Origin: Ignavibacteriota bacterium | GTDB lineage: Bacteria; Bacteroidota; Ignavibacteria; UBA10030; CAVZMI01 | Assembly: GCA_963776275.1 (NCBI GenBank) | Contig: CAVZMI010000033.1 | Span: 1-37,174 of the forward strand | Length of the DNA: 37,174 nt | Direction of reading: 5' to 3' | In this document: one piece after another, positions 9,571-20,444 of the stretch | Layout: every line of letters begins with the position of its first letter | Position numbering within the stretch: position 1 is the stretch's first letter | The notes under the pieces: generated by a model | Told to the model about the DNA's origin: nothing | What the model saw: only the letters and a program-made list of their open reading frames with translations | The model's database searches: none | Position numbers and translations under genes: made by a program

Positions 9571-10800
9571 GTGTTAAAAGAAATTTCAAATGGAATCACA
9601 GCCCCCCGGGGTTTTCTCGCCGCCGGGGTTCAAGCGGAAATCAAACGGTCTAAAAAAGACCTGGCAATCATTTTTTCAGAAGTGCCTGCCGTCGCTGCCG
9701 GGGTCTTCACACTCAATAAAACACAGGCCGCTCCCGTGGTGTATGATAAAGAACAGCTTCAGCGTTCCTTGCGATTTTCTGCAATTGTAGTGAACAGCGG
9801 GAATGCGAACGCCTGTACGGGCGAACGGGGATATCAGGACACTATCGCAACGGCTCAAGCGGCCGCCAAGGCACTGCACATTCCTCAGTCTGAAGTTTTA
9901 ATCTCATCCACGGGCGTGATCGGTCAGCTCCTTCCGATGGAAAAAATTTTAAACGGCATTCAGCTTGCCGTATCAAAACTACGCGTCGATGGAAGCACCG
10001 ATGCGGCCGCCGCTATCATGACAACAGATACATATCCGAAAGAAACCGCCGTAGAGTATACAGTCGGTACTACGCCAATTCGCATCGGCTGCATCTCAAA
10101 AGGCTCGGGGATGATTGCGCCGATGATGGCATTACCGGACGGGACAAAACATGCAACGATGCTTGCGTTCATAACAACCGATGCTGCAATTACGCCCTCC
10201 GCGCTCGCTTCTGCACTCAGCGTATCGAATGAATTATCGTTCAACAGACTCACTGTCGACGGCGATACAAGCACGAACGATATGGCACTTGTTCTGGCGA
10301 ACGGTCGAGCGGGAAATCCTGCCATCACAGAAGGAAGCAAAGAATTCGAAACTTTCACGGCAGCTCTTACACATGTCCTTATCGCCCATGCAAAGCTCAT
10401 TGCGCGGGATGGCGAGGGTGCGACGAAACTTATCGAGCTTCTGGTTCGCGGCGCAAAAACCGAAGCAGAAGCCGTCCGGGCTGCGCGCGCCATTGCCAAT
10501 TCTAATCTGGTAAAAACGGCGATTCATGGTGCAGATGCAAACTGGGGACGAATCCTCGCGGCGGTGGGTTACTCGGGAATCGATTTCACGCCGGAATCGG
10601 TGCAGATTCTTTTCAACGATCTCACTATCCTCGATAAAGACTTCGATGCAAGATTCTCGGAGGAAAAAGCAAAAGAGATCCTCCAGAAGGAAAATATTTT
10701 TCTCACAGTGAATCTGAACCAGGGTTCCGCTTTCGCCACGCTCTGGACATGCGATCTCTCATGCGAATATGTCACAATCAATGCAAGTTACAGGAGTTAA
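9571..10800 (+). CDS. argJ: Ornithine acetyltransferase/N-acetylglutamate synthase
   Basis: NSGNANACTG, SSTGVIG, IMTTD, ATML, DGDTSTND, DGEGATK; start GTG 9571 (AAAGGA upstream) or TTG 9529. Confidence 0.95.
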   Translation: MLKEISNGITAPRGFLAAGVQAEIKRSKKDLAIIFSEVPAVAAGVFTLNKTQAAPVVYDKEQLQRSLRFSAIVVNSGNANACTGERGYQDTIATAQAAAKALHIPQSEVLISSTGVIGQLLPMEKILNGIQLAVSKLRVDGSTDAAAAIMTTDTYPKETAVEYTVGTTPIRIGCISKGSGMIAPMMALPDGTKHATMLAFITTDAAITPSALASALSVSNELSFNRLTVDGDTSTNDMALVLANGRAGNPAITEGSKEFETFTAALTHVLIAHAKLIARDGEGATKLIELLVRGAKTEAEAVRAARAIANSNLVKTAIHGADANWGRILAAVGYSGIDFTPESVQILFNDLTILDKDFDARFSEEKAKEILQKENIFLTVNLNQGSAFATLWTCDLSCEYVTINASYRS

Positions 10801-10801
10801 A

Positions 10802-11662
10802 ATGGTCGGCCAGACTATTACAAAAGAAGAAGTATTGATCGCCGCTCTCCCCTACATCACCAAATATGAGACGAAGACATTCGTCATTAAATACGGGGGA
10901 GCCGCACAGGTTGATGAGACACTGCGTGAGACATTCGCGAAGGACGTTACGCTGCTGAAAAAAATCGGCATCAATATAATCGTCGTTCACGGCGGCGGAA
11001 AGGAAATTACCGAGACCTTATCGACAATGAACATCCAGACCCACTTTGTCGACGGTCAGCGATATACAGATGAGCGGACTATGGAAATTGTGCAGATGGT
11101 TCTCTCGGGCAAGATCACTCCGGAAATCGTCACACGGATTAACCGCAACGGCGGGAACGCGGTAGGCTTGTGCGGAGTCGACGCCGAGCTCATTACAGCC
11201 AGCCGATATTCCGAAAACGGAAAAGACATCGGACTCGTCGGCGAGGTAACCGGCATCAATACATCCATCCTCGACTTGCTCTTGTCAAAAGGGTACATGC
11301 CGGTCATTGCTCCGACAGCTGTCGGAAGCAATGGTGAGTTCTATAATATTAATGCCGATTTCGCCGCTGCGGAAATTGCGGCGGCACTCAGGGCCGAGAA
11401 GCTTGTATACCTGAGTGATGTTCCGGGCGTTATTGTTAATGAAAAGCTTGTATCAAGTCTTACAGAAGTGAAAGCCCGGGAGATGATCGCCGGGGGTCAG
11501 ATCAGCGGGGGAATGATACCGAAAGTGAATTCCGCGTTCCGGACCATAAATGCGGGAGTTAACAAAGTTCACCTGATAGATGGAAGAATCAAGCACTCGT
11601 TATTACTCGAAATCTTCACCGATGAAGGTGTAGGAACGGAAATGCTAAGGTCCGTATCATAA
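10802..11662 (+). CDS. argB: Acetylglutamate kinase
   Basis: VIKYGG, VVHGGG, NINAD, GGMIPKV, EIFTDEGVGT; RBS AGGAG before ATG 10802. Confidence 0.95.
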   Translation: MVGQTITKEEVLIAALPYITKYETKTFVIKYGGAAQVDETLRETFAKDVTLLKKIGINIIVVHGGGKEITETLSTMNIQTHFVDGQRYTDERTMEIVQMVLSGKITPEIVTRINRNGGNAVGLCGVDAELITASRYSENGKDIGLVGEVTGINTSILDLLLSKGYMPVIAPTAVGSNGEFYNINADFAAAEIAAALRAEKLVYLSDVPGVIVNEKLVSSLTEVKAREMIAGGQISGGMIPKVNSAFRTINAGVNKVHLIDGRIKHSLLLEIFTDEGVGTEMLRSVS

Positions 11663-11699
11663 ACGACGGGATAGAGAGGGTGAAGAAAGGAAATTCCGC

Positions 11700-12155
11700 A
11701 TGACGAACAAATTAACGCGTCATTTCTTGATCAAAGAGATTATCTCTCATAAGGCGATTGCGAGTCAGGAAGATCTGGCCGCAGAACTTGTAAAACGAGG
11801 AACGGAAGTGACACAGGCGACGCTCTCACGGGATCTTCAGGAACTCAACGTGGCACGCGTTCACTCCATGAACGGCATACGGTATATCCTTCCTCAGGAT
11901 ACCGAGGAACGTCAGATCAAGACACTTGTCGGGTATGAAATTATTAATATCGATGCAAATGAAACGAACGTTATTATCCGGACACTTCCGGGCCGTGCAG
12001 GCGGAGTGGCTTCCTTTCTCGACAGCCTGCGAAATCCGAATATCCTTGGTACAATTGCCGGCGATGATACTATAATGATTATTCCATCGACGACGAAAAA
12101 AATACAGACAGTCCTCAAGTTTATTAAAAATTTATTGACGGAGAAAACGAAATGA
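11700..12155 (+). CDS. argR: Arginine repressor
   Basis: [10 protein letters not shown] and GTIAGDDT motifs. Confidence 0.96.
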   Translation: MTNKLTRHFLIKEIISHKAIASQEDLAAELVKRGTEVTQATLSRDLQELNVARVHSMNGIRYILPQDTEERQIKTLVGYEIINIDANETNVIIRTLPGRAGGVASFLDSLRNPNILGTIAGDDTIMIIPSTTKKIQTVLKFIKNLLTEKTK

Positions 12156-13393
12156 AAAGACCTCGTATCGCAGTGGCGTATTCAGGCGGTCTTGATACAT
12201 CGGTGATAGTCAAATGGCTTCAGGAAAAATATAATGCCGATATCATCACGGTAACCGGAAATCTAGGCCAGACGAAAGAACTTCTCGGCGTTGCAAAAAA
12301 AGCCTATAAAACCGGTGCAAAAAAAGTTTATATTCAGGACCTTGCAAAAGAATTTGTCACGGAATATATTTTCCCGGTTCTTAAAGCAGGAGCAATCTAC
12401 GAGCATGACTACCCGATGGCCACAGCAATCGGTCGACCCCTGCTGGCAAAAGCGCTTGTAGAAGTCGCACGGCGCGAACACTGCACCATGGTCGCTCATG
12501 GATGCACGGGTAAAGGGAACGACCAGGTGCGATTCGAAGTTTCTATCGCCGCGCTCGCTCCGGATCTCAAGGTTCTCGCCCCGCTGCGGGAGTGGGAATT
12601 CAAGTCGCGCGAAGAAGAAATCGCATATTGCGAAAAACACAAAATCCCCGTTTCGGCAACAAAGAAGACCCCTTACTCCATCGATGAGAATATATGGGGA
12701 ACCGCTGTCGAATGCGGTGCTCTTGAAGATCCGATGGCCGAACCGCCGGCAGATGCATTTCAACATACCGTGTCGCCCGAAGAGGCTCCAAACCACCCTG
12801 TATTTGTGACGATTAAATTTCGTGAAGGCGTCCCGATCGGCCTGAATGGAAAACGAATTCGTCCCGTCGAACTCCTGAAGAAACTCAATGAGATTGGCGG
12901 AGCGCACGCCGTCGGAAGAATCGATCTGGTTGAAAACCGGCTTGTAGGCATCAAATCGCGGGAAGTGTATGAAGCCCCGGCTGCGGTCATTTTGCACTAT
13001 GCGCATCGCGAGCTCGAGCGTCTTGTGCTTGATAAACCGACGGCTCGCTTCAAAGAGCGCATCGCTCAAGAATACGCCGATTTAATTTATAACGGCCTCT
13101 GGTACTCACCGCTGAGGAAATCGTTCGATGCATTCGTGAACGAGACGCAGAGAAACGTGACCGGCATAGTAAGGGTGAAACTCTTCAAAGGTATGGTCAC
13201 CGTGGCGGGACGGAGATCCCCTCATTCGTTATATGATATAAAGCTTGCCACGTACACGAAGGAAGATCAATACGATCATACGGCTTCAGAAGGGTTTATC
13301 AAGATTTACGGACTTCCGGTCAAGACATATTATAAAGTCAATCGAAAAGAGCTCAAGAAACGAAAACCGTTACTTCGACGCCGAAAGAGGTAG
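12152..13393 (+). CDS. argG: Argininosuccinate synthase
   Basis: [37 protein letters not shown]. Confidence 0.97.
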   Translation: MKRPRIAVAYSGGLDTSVIVKWLQEKYNADIITVTGNLGQTKELLGVAKKAYKTGAKKVYIQDLAKEFVTEYIFPVLKAGAIYEHDYPMATAIGRPLLAKALVEVARREHCTMVAHGCTGKGNDQVRFEVSIAALAPDLKVLAPLREWEFKSREEEIAYCEKHKIPVSATKKTPYSIDENIWGTAVECGALEDPMAEPPADAFQHTVSPEEAPNHPVFVTIKFREGVPIGLNGKRIRPVELLKKLNEIGGAHAVGRIDLVENRLVGIKSREVYEAPAAVILHYAHRELERLVLDKPTARFKERIAQEYADLIYNGLWYSPLRKSFDAFVNETQRNVTGIVRVKLFKGMVTVAGRRSPHSLYDIKLATYTKEDQYDHTASEGFIKIYGLPVKTYYKVNRKELKKRKPLLRRRKR

Positions 13394-13454
13394 TAAGTTT
13401 AGGATGCTGTCATAGTCCAATTAACTCAAGTCACGGAGTGACGTTAGATTTTTG

Positions 13455-13487
13455 CCCATCCCGATCTGTCGGGATGGGATTTTTATT
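13455..13487 (+). terminator. Terminator / REP-like palindrome after argG
   Basis: CCCATCCCGA-TCTG-TCGGGATGGG perfect 10-bp stem followed by ATTTTTATT. Confidence 0.75.
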
Positions 13488-13627
13488 ATCAGCTCCCGTT
13501 AAAAGAGCCACATAGTGGCGTAAGAATATTTAGCCGATGCGTCTTTCGCCCCTCCGGGGCTCGATCTCTAATTTCGCTGTCTCACTACATCACAACAGCT
13601 TGTCCGCCGGCATCATGGCAGAAGTCG

Positions 13628-13753
13628 GAATATGTCGAATTAACCTGGGACGGCAGGAATGAAATCGGAACAACGGTTTCTTCGGGTGTCTATTTCTATC
13701 GAATCTCGACGTCGAAATGGAACTCGGTAAAGAAGATGATATTATTGCGGTGA
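13628..13753 (+). pseudogene. Orphan remnant of a T9SS type-A sorting / FlgD-Ig C-terminal domain
   Basis: Manual translation EYVELTWDGRNEIGTTVSSGVYFYRISTSKWNSVKKMILLR*; no in-frame ATG back to the upstream stop. Confidence 0.8.
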
Positions 13754-13839
13754 AGAATCTACAGGATTTCTGATTTGCGTTTCTCAAATTCCAAAATCAT
13801 AAATCAAAAATCGTACATCCAGACAGCTGTCTAATCTGT

Positions 13840-15678
13840 TTATACCACCTCATCGACCTTTATTATTCCTCTTACCGAATTACACAGATAAATTTCATCG
13901 GCTTCTCTGACATCTCGCTCGGTAAGAACACGTTCCTGCAGCGGAATAATCCGGCTACGCAGCAGATGACGCCTGAACACGCCATCCAGGACTCCGCAGT
14001 CGATCGGCGGCGTGAAATATTTTCCGTTATGTCTGATAAACAAATTCGTGATGGCTCCTTCGGTCACTTCGTCATGCTCATTCAGAAAAATGCAGTCGAA
14101 AAATCCTCCTTCACGAGCGCGATCGAGCTCGGTGTCGTACAATGTCCTGTTGGTGGTCTTATGGAAGAGAAAACGGTTGGAAGAGTCGGTCCGGTGTGGA
14201 GAAAAGCAGACGCGTATACCGGACGGCAGTTCTTCCAGCGGAACACTCTGCACGTAATACAATCCAGTCGAAGTAATGGTCAATCGTACACGCCGTGATT
14301 CCTTTCCAAATTTATGCGATTGAGCAATGAGATGCTTACGCAGCTTTTCGATTTTTACGGGAATGTCGAAGTACAGCGCCGATTCCTGCAACCGTTCCAG
14401 ATGGAGATCGAGAAGAAAATAGCCCCGTACTGAATCCCATGCTATCGTCTCTAGCAGCTGGAATTCAGGGATGGGATCTGTCAGGAACCGCGCCTTGAGA
14501 AGGCATTCTTCATATTCCTTTTCCGGCGATGAGTCGTTCACAATCCCACTTCCAATTCCTATGGATCCCCGGCTTGTTTCGCGATCGATCACAACTGTCC
14601 TGATCGCAACGTTGAAGATCATCTGGTTGTCGGGTCCGATAAATCCGATGACTCCCGTATAGACATCACGCGGTGATTCCTCCAGCTCCCGAATAATTTC
14701 AAGCGTTCGGATCTTTGGCGCTCCGACAACCGATCCCGGGGGAAACAACGCCTGAAAAATCTCCACCAGCGAGAGACCTGACCTTCCCTCCGCCTCGATA
14801 GTAGAAGTCATCTGGAACAGCGTATCGTACTGTTCAATTTCATATAACGAACTGACTTCCACACTCCCCGGTTGTGCAATTCTCCCGACGTCATTCCTGA
14901 GCATGTCGACGATCATCAGGTTTTCGCTCTGGTCTTTCGCCGAACGGCGAAGTTGTTCGCTCAAGATCGCGTCTTCGCCTCTGGTCCTGCCGCGGCGAAT
15001 AGTTCCTTTCATCGGTCTCAGGAGCATGTGATTTCCCTGAGACCGGAAAAATAGTTCCGGAGAGAGCGACAGAACGACCTGACGGCCGAGGTTGAGATAC
15101 GCAGCATATCGGACATGCTGTTGATATGCCAGCATTTCGTAGAAATCGACCGGTGAGCCCTGAAGATCGAACGTCGCCTTCATTGTAAGATTCACCTGGT
15201 ATGTATCACCCCGGGTGATATATTCTTTAATTTTCCTGACCGCTGCACCGTATCGATCCTTCGTCATCGAGAATTGGATATGTTGTAGGGTCACCAACGG
15301 CAGCGGGGCAGGTTTCCTCCGGCCTGCGGCACTCGCCTTCTCGACGACTTCCGCTCGTTTATAGATTCCAAACCATAGGAGGGGGAGATCTTTAGAGTGA
15401 TACGGAATCATTCCTTCAAATGCATGATTCGCCTCGAATGAGACATATCCTGCGGCATAATTCCCGGCGGATATTTCGTGTTCGATCTCTCTCAATGCAG
15501 GAATGACTTCTTCACTGCCAAAGCAGGATATCACCCTTTGCGGCTCGGTGAATGCAAAGCTTCGCCAGCTTGTATCGCCTGATTTGTTGGTCTCGAGTAT
15601 GAGCGTCCCTTGATCTTCGGCACATGCCCGGAGAATGGAACGTATATCGTTTTTATCGACGATTGAAATGGGCACCAA
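13840..15678 (-). CDS. pabB: Aminodeoxychorismate synthase component I fused to class IV aminotransferase/ADC lyase
   Basis: GDTYQVNL, LSLSPELFF, RPMKGT, ENLMIVDMLRND, FPPGSVVGAPK; C-terminal HKTTNR, EGAITN, GVLDGVFR, NSVRG. Confidence 0.92.
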   Translation of the reverse strand: MVPISIVDKNDIRSILRACAEDQGTLILETNKSGDTSWRSFAFTEPQRVISCFGSEEVIPALREIEHEISAGNYAAGYVSFEANHAFEGMIPYHSKDLPLLWFGIYKRAEVVEKASAAGRRKPAPLPLVTLQHIQFSMTKDRYGAAVRKIKEYITRGDTYQVNLTMKATFDLQGSPVDFYEMLAYQQHVRYAAYLNLGRQVVLSLSPELFFRSQGNHMLLRPMKGTIRRGRTRGEDAILSEQLRRSAKDQSENLMIVDMLRNDVGRIAQPGSVEVSSLYEIEQYDTLFQMTSTIEAEGRSGLSLVEIFQALFPPGSVVGAPKIRTLEIIRELEESPRDVYTGVIGFIGPDNQMIFNVAIRTVVIDRETSRGSIGIGSGIVNDSSPEKEYEECLLKARFLTDPIPEFQLLETIAWDSVRGYFLLDLHLERLQESALYFDIPVKIEKLRKHLIAQSHKFGKESRRVRLTITSTGLYYVQSVPLEELPSGIRVCFSPHRTDSSNRFLFHKTTNRTLYDTELDRAREGGFFDCIFLNEHDEVTEGAITNLFIRHNGKYFTPPIDCGVLDGVFRRHLLRSRIIPLQERVLTERDVREADEIYLCNSVRGIIKVDEVV

Positions 15679-15828
15679 TGTCTCTATGGCTATGTAAATG
15701 CGGATTGCAGATTGCAGAATTCGGATTGTTTATATTGAACAGTCTATAATTGTCCATTGTGAAATTTTCTGATGTGCTTTCAATATAGAGTTTCACAGGG
15801 TGGATTGCAAGCGAACCTTCAGATGATA

Positions 15829-17049
15829 TTACTCATATCGAAGAGCGTCGATAGGATTTAACATTGATGCCTTGCGAGCCGGATAAAAACCAAAAAAAAC
15901 ACCGATACTCAGGGAGAAGACACATGCGAGTATAATTGAGCCGACCGAAACGAACGTCGGCCATTCGGCAAAGATCGAGATAAGATGGGAAGTGATAACA
16001 CCAAGGATAATGCCGATAAGTCCTCCGAGTAAACTCAACACGACCGATTCCACCAGAAACTGAGTGAGGATGTCCCGGCTTCGAGCTCCGATCGACATTC
16101 GAATTCCGATCTCGCGCGTTCGTTCCGTCACCGAGACGAGCATTATATTCATGATTCCGATTCCACCGACGACGAGTGACACAGATGCGATCGCAGCAAG
16201 AAGGGTTGTCAGGATTTGCGATGTCTGTGTTGCGGTCTGAGCAATATCGGTTTGCGTTCGAATTGCAAAGTCATCCTCCTGACCGGCTATAAGATGGTGG
16301 GTATCTCTGAGCACACCGTTGATTTGTTCCTGCGTTTGCGGGAGAACGGCCCTCAGACTGTGCCGAGACAAGGATCTGTTGAATGTTCGGCTGACGCTGT
16401 AATCGATGCATAACTGTGGTTGATGGCGCGATGACAATATCATCCTGATCCTGTCCCACTGCATTCTGTCCTTTGGCCTGCAGCACTCCGAGAACACGAA
16501 ACGGCTGATTTCGGATTCGGATCGTCTTGCCGACCGGATCGCCATTCTCGCCGAAAAGATTCGTCGCGACCGTGTGACCGAGTAGACATACTTTTGCACC
16601 CGAGCGGACATCGGTATCGGTAAAATACGATCCCGATTCAACATTCCATTCCCTGATCTGGAAAAATTCGGGTGTCGTTCCGACGACTCCGGTATTCCAG
16701 TTTAGGTTTTGGTAGACAATCTGTCCGAAGCCCCGACACTGTGGTGCAACATACAGCGCCAGAGGCACCTGATCGCGAATCGCACGCGCATCATCGTCGG
16801 TTAATCGCGTCGAGGTTCCTGCACCCATACTGATCCCGCCGGTTGTCTGTGCACCGGGGGTGATGATAAGCATGTTGGTTCCCAAAGCGGCGATTTGCTG
16901 TTCGATGGTATATTTGCACCCTGACCGATGCTCACCATAGCAATAACGGCCGCAACGCCGATGATAATACCCAGCATCGTCAGCAACGAGCGCATTTTAT
17001 TTCGTGCGAGTGCTCGATATGCTACTTTGAGAATCGTCAGGATATTCAT
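15829..17049 (-). pseudogene. MacB/FtsX-type ABC permease split by two frameshifts (about 16910 and 16351); likely sequencing indels
   Basis: Three consecutive fragments: [17 protein letters not shown] / LGTNML periplasmic domain / GGIGIMNIMLVSVTERTREIGIR...PIDALRYE. Confidence 0.85.
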
Positions 17050-17810
17050 GCCTGAACCTCCTCTTCAGCCGGCAACCGTAATAACTCCACTGAAGCGACG
17101 CGCTGTCGCAGAACCGGTGAATCGGATTTCACATGGCCATCGCGGAATACGATAATCCGTTTAGCATATTCGGCAATGTCATTCTCATGAGTGATAAGAA
17201 CGATGGTTTTTCCCTCCACGTTCAGCGTTTGAAAAACCTCCATGACTTCGACGCTTGTCCGTGTATCGAGATTCCCCGTAGGCTCATCGGCCAGGATCAC
17301 CGCGGGATTGTTGACCAACGCGCGCGCGATCGCAACGCGCTGCTGTTGGCCGCCGGAAAGCTGGTTCGGCATATGATGCTCCCGACTTTCCAATCCGACG
17401 GCTTTCAGAGCCTCCATTGCACGTCGATGGCGTTCTTTTGTTGTGACATGGTTTGAGTACATTAAAGGAAGCTCTACATTCTCGATGGCGCTGGTTCGCG
17501 ACAGTAAATTGAATCCCTGAAAAACGAATCCGAGTTTGTTGTTCCGGATTGCGGCGAGTTCATCTTTTGTCCGCGTACGGATGGAAACTCCTTCAAGATA
17601 ATACTCACCGCGCGTAGGGATATCCAGACATCCGATAATGTTCATGAACGTCGATTTCCCCGAGCCCGAAGCCCCCATGATTGCAACGAATTCGCCGGCA
17701 GTAATTTTCAAAGTAATTCCACGGAGAGCGTGAACCTCTACATCTCCCATCGTGTATATTTTTACTAGTTGCTCTGTGCGGATAACTTCATTATGTTTTG
17801 TATCGTTCAT
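17046..17810 (-). CDS. MacB/LolD-type ABC ATP-binding protein
   Basis: [39 protein letters not shown]. Confidence 0.95.
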   Translation of the reverse strand: MNDTKHNEVIRTEQLVKIYTMGDVEVHALRGITLKITAGEFVAIMGASGSGKSTFMNIIGCLDIPTRGEYYLEGVSIRTRTKDELAAIRNNKLGFVFQGFNLLSRTSAIENVELPLMYSNHVTTKERHRRAMEALKAVGLESREHHMPNQLSGGQQQRVAIARALVNNPAVILADEPTGNLDTRTSVEVMEVFQTLNVEGKTIVLITHENDIAEYAKRIIVFRDGHVKSDSPVLRQRVASVELLRLPAEEEVQA

Positions 17811-17813
17811 ATC

Positions 17814-19130
17814 TCAGAATCCACGCATACCTTGAGAGCGTTGCTGTGATTGTCCACTCAAGGGACTTCCGACCTGCTTTGATGCTGCCTGCAGATTCAG
17901 GCCTACAATAATATCGGTTCCCTCTTTGAGAGGAGTCCGTTGTCCGATATTGATCTCCGTGTATGTCCCGTTTGTTACACCCGTTCGGACATAGACGGCT
18001 TTTAAATTCTTTTTCTCGTCGAAATACCAGAGTTGCCCGCGCGATGTACTGGAGCCTCCCTGACTTACTCTACCCGAACCGCCTCCACCCGTCGCAGATG
18101 ATCGTTGCCGGTTCATAGCGCGCAGTGAATCTTGCTGCGGATTCCCCGTTGCAGTTGTGTCGCGATTTCCAAATTCTTTTTGCATTTCATCGAGAACAGT
18201 TTTCTTCTCTTCCGCCGTTGGCTGGAATCGTAGAGCTACATTCGGTACTTTGAGTACACCTTCCTTATGTGCTACGAGGATATTCACGGTGGCGGTCATT
18301 CCCGGCATCAACTTGAGGTCGGGATTCGGGACATTGATGACAACCGTGTAATTCACGACATTCGATATCGTCTGCGGCTGGAGCCTGATTTGAGCTACTT
18401 TGCCGTGAAAAACCCGTTCAGGATATGCATCGACTGAAAAAGAGACATCCTGGTCGTCCTTCACCTGCCCGATATCGGCCTCGTCAATTGTCGCCAGAAC
18501 CTGCATTTTAGTCAGATCGTTGGCAATAGTATAGATCGTCGGTGCAGAAAGGCTGGCGGCAACCGTCTGACCGACATCGACTTTACGATCAATCACCACG
18601 CCATCGATCGGAGCCCGAATCGTTGCGTAGTGAAGATTGATCATTGCCCGATCGTATTGCGCCTTCGCCGATTTCAATGATGCAACTGCCTGTTCGTATG
18701 TTGTCTGGGCGTTATCAAGATCAGACTGCGATACCAGTCCCCGGTCAAAAAGAGGTTTCATTCTTCCCAGGTCGCGTTGTGATTGATTCACCTGGGCTCG
18801 TGCACGTTCGACATTCGCTTCCGCATCCTGGGCAGATGCTGCCAGGAAGGTTGTATCGATCATTGCAATAATCTGATTTTTTTTGACGACTGAATTGAAA
18901 TCCACATACAATTTTGAAATGATGCCTGAGACCTGTGTGCCGACTTCGACCGTCTTGACGGCACCGAGAGCGCCGGTGGCGGTCACAAGAACATCCAGAT
19001 CACCCCGCTCGAGTTTCGCAGTACGATAAGAAGCTTCGGCTGTTTTTCCGTTGCTAAAGAATAATCCGAAGACTCCGGCAAGGATGATAACGAGAATGAT
19101 ACTGCCAAAGATCACTGTTTTTCGTTTCAT
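17814..19130 (-). CDS. MacA-like periplasmic adaptor (membrane fusion protein)
   Basis: VEVGTQVSG, TIRAPIDGVV, VGQTVAASL, DEADIG, LMPGMTA. Confidence 0.92.
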   Translation of the reverse strand: MKRKTVIFGSIILVIILAGVFGLFFSNGKTAEASYRTAKLERGDLDVLVTATGALGAVKTVEVGTQVSGIISKLYVDFNSVVKKNQIIAMIDTTFLAASAQDAEANVERARAQVNQSQRDLGRMKPLFDRGLVSQSDLDNAQTTYEQAVASLKSAKAQYDRAMINLHYATIRAPIDGVVIDRKVDVGQTVAASLSAPTIYTIANDLTKMQVLATIDEADIGQVKDDQDVSFSVDAYPERVFHGKVAQIRLQPQTISNVVNYTVVINVPNPDLKLMPGMTATVNILVAHKEGVLKVPNVALRFQPTAEEKKTVLDEMQKEFGNRDTTATGNPQQDSLRAMNRQRSSATGGGGSGRVSQGGSSTSRGQLWYFDEKKNLKAVYVRTGVTNGTYTEINIGQRTPLKEGTDIIVGLNLQAASKQVGSPLSGQSQQRSQGMRGF

Positions 19131-20419
19131 TGTTGTCCTATAGGTGTTAATATTCCCATGGCACGTTGCAGCTGTACGTATGCTGAACGATAATCAAATT
19201 GTGCCTGAATTTCAATAATCCTCGCATTTGAAAGTGTTGCCAGGGCATCCGTGATTTCAATAGCTGAACCTACACCCGAAGCATACCGGGCGTCTGCGAG
19301 CCGTAGGTTTTCAGTCGCCTGTTCGACGAGCTTCGCCGACGCGGATATCCGCTCGCGCGCTTCGTTCAGGGAGAGTATTTGTTGTTCAATTTCCAATCGA
19401 ACCGATCGAACGAGCGCTTCGTATGTGGCAGATGCGATCTGGATACCTGCCTCTGCCTGCTGAACTCCCGCATCAACTGCAAAACCCTGGAAAAGTGGAA
19501 CACTGATCGTTACGCCCGCACTCCAGCTGCTGGAGAGCGGGAATGTCAACCCCCGCCATATGTACCCGCCGGTTGCACTTATCGTCGGGAACCTTGTCAT
19601 CCATGATGCCGTATACAGAGCTTCAGAAGCACTGACCTTGCTCGCCGACGAGAGAATTTCCGGACGGGTGACCTTAGCAATCGCCAGCGCGCTATCGACA
19701 GTCATGGTGATTGACGGCAGATCCATGTTTTCAGGAGTAACATAAATTTTTGAAGTTTGTATCCCCATGGCATTATTCAGCTGGGCGCGCGCTATCCGAA
19801 ATTGGTTCTGTGCACGTAGGAGTGCAACCTGCGCATTGGCGACATCGACTTCAGCTTTGGTTACATCGAATTGAGCCCGGGTTCCCACCGAGAAAAAAGC
19901 CTTTGCCTGTTGAAGATGCTGTGTCGATGAACGCAATGCATCTTCATTAACTTTCACAAGTGAGGATGTTTCCTGATAGGCAAAGTATGCAAGTTCCGCG
20001 TTGAGAATCACTGTCTGCTTAGTCCCCGCCACTCCGGCAACCGACGAATCTACGCCATAACTGCTGGCCATCGTCCGATAAATCGATTTCCCGAAATCAA
20101 AGATCAGCATTTGTGCACTGAGACCGGTCGAGTAGCTTTCATAATCCTGGACTCGCTGAATGGGCCCGATCAGTGATGTCCCGGCATTTTTTGTTATTCC
20201 CCCCGATGCACTCAGCTGTGGGAAAAAGATACTCCGTGTCTGTTGCAATGCTGCTTCGGAGTTGAGAAGAGCTCCTTCGGCAACCCGAACTGCCGGATGA
20301 TTTTCCAGCGCAATCTGAACGCATCGTGCAAGTGTTAATGTGTCTTGTTGAGCTTCCATTATCCCGCCCACGATGATGCTGACAAGGAGGACTAGCCCGA
20401 GCTGTTGCAGTCTATTCAT
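19127..20419 (-). CDS. TolC-family outer membrane channel
   Basis: LTLARCVQIALENHP and two OEP repeats; ATG 20419 with GAGG RBS gives a signal peptide. Confidence 0.9.
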   Translation of the reverse strand: MNRLQQLGLVLLVSIIVGGIMEAQQDTLTLARCVQIALENHPAVRVAEGALLNSEAALQQTRSIFFPQLSASGGITKNAGTSLIGPIQRVQDYESYSTGLSAQMLIFDFGKSIYRTMASSYGVDSSVAGVAGTKQTVILNAELAYFAYQETSSLVKVNEDALRSSTQHLQQAKAFFSVGTRAQFDVTKAEVDVANAQVALLRAQNQFRIARAQLNNAMGIQTSKIYVTPENMDLPSITMTVDSALAIAKVTRPEILSSASKVSASEALYTASWMTRFPTISATGGYIWRGLTFPLSSSWSAGVTISVPLFQGFAVDAGVQQAEAGIQIASATYEALVRSVRLEIEQQILSLNEARERISASAKLVEQATENLRLADARYASGVGSAIEITDALATLSNARIIEIQAQFDYRSAYVQLQRAMGILTPIGQQ

Positions 20420-20444
20420 TAGACCTCGATCGGTATATAAATGT

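Noticed and set aside
12263-13069. 268-aa antisense ORF and similar shadow ORFs
   Set aside because: They lie opposite well-conserved genes and show no motifs
16345-16915. Programmed frameshifting in the ABC permease
   Set aside because: No slippery heptamer or stimulatory structure; single-base indels fit long-read error
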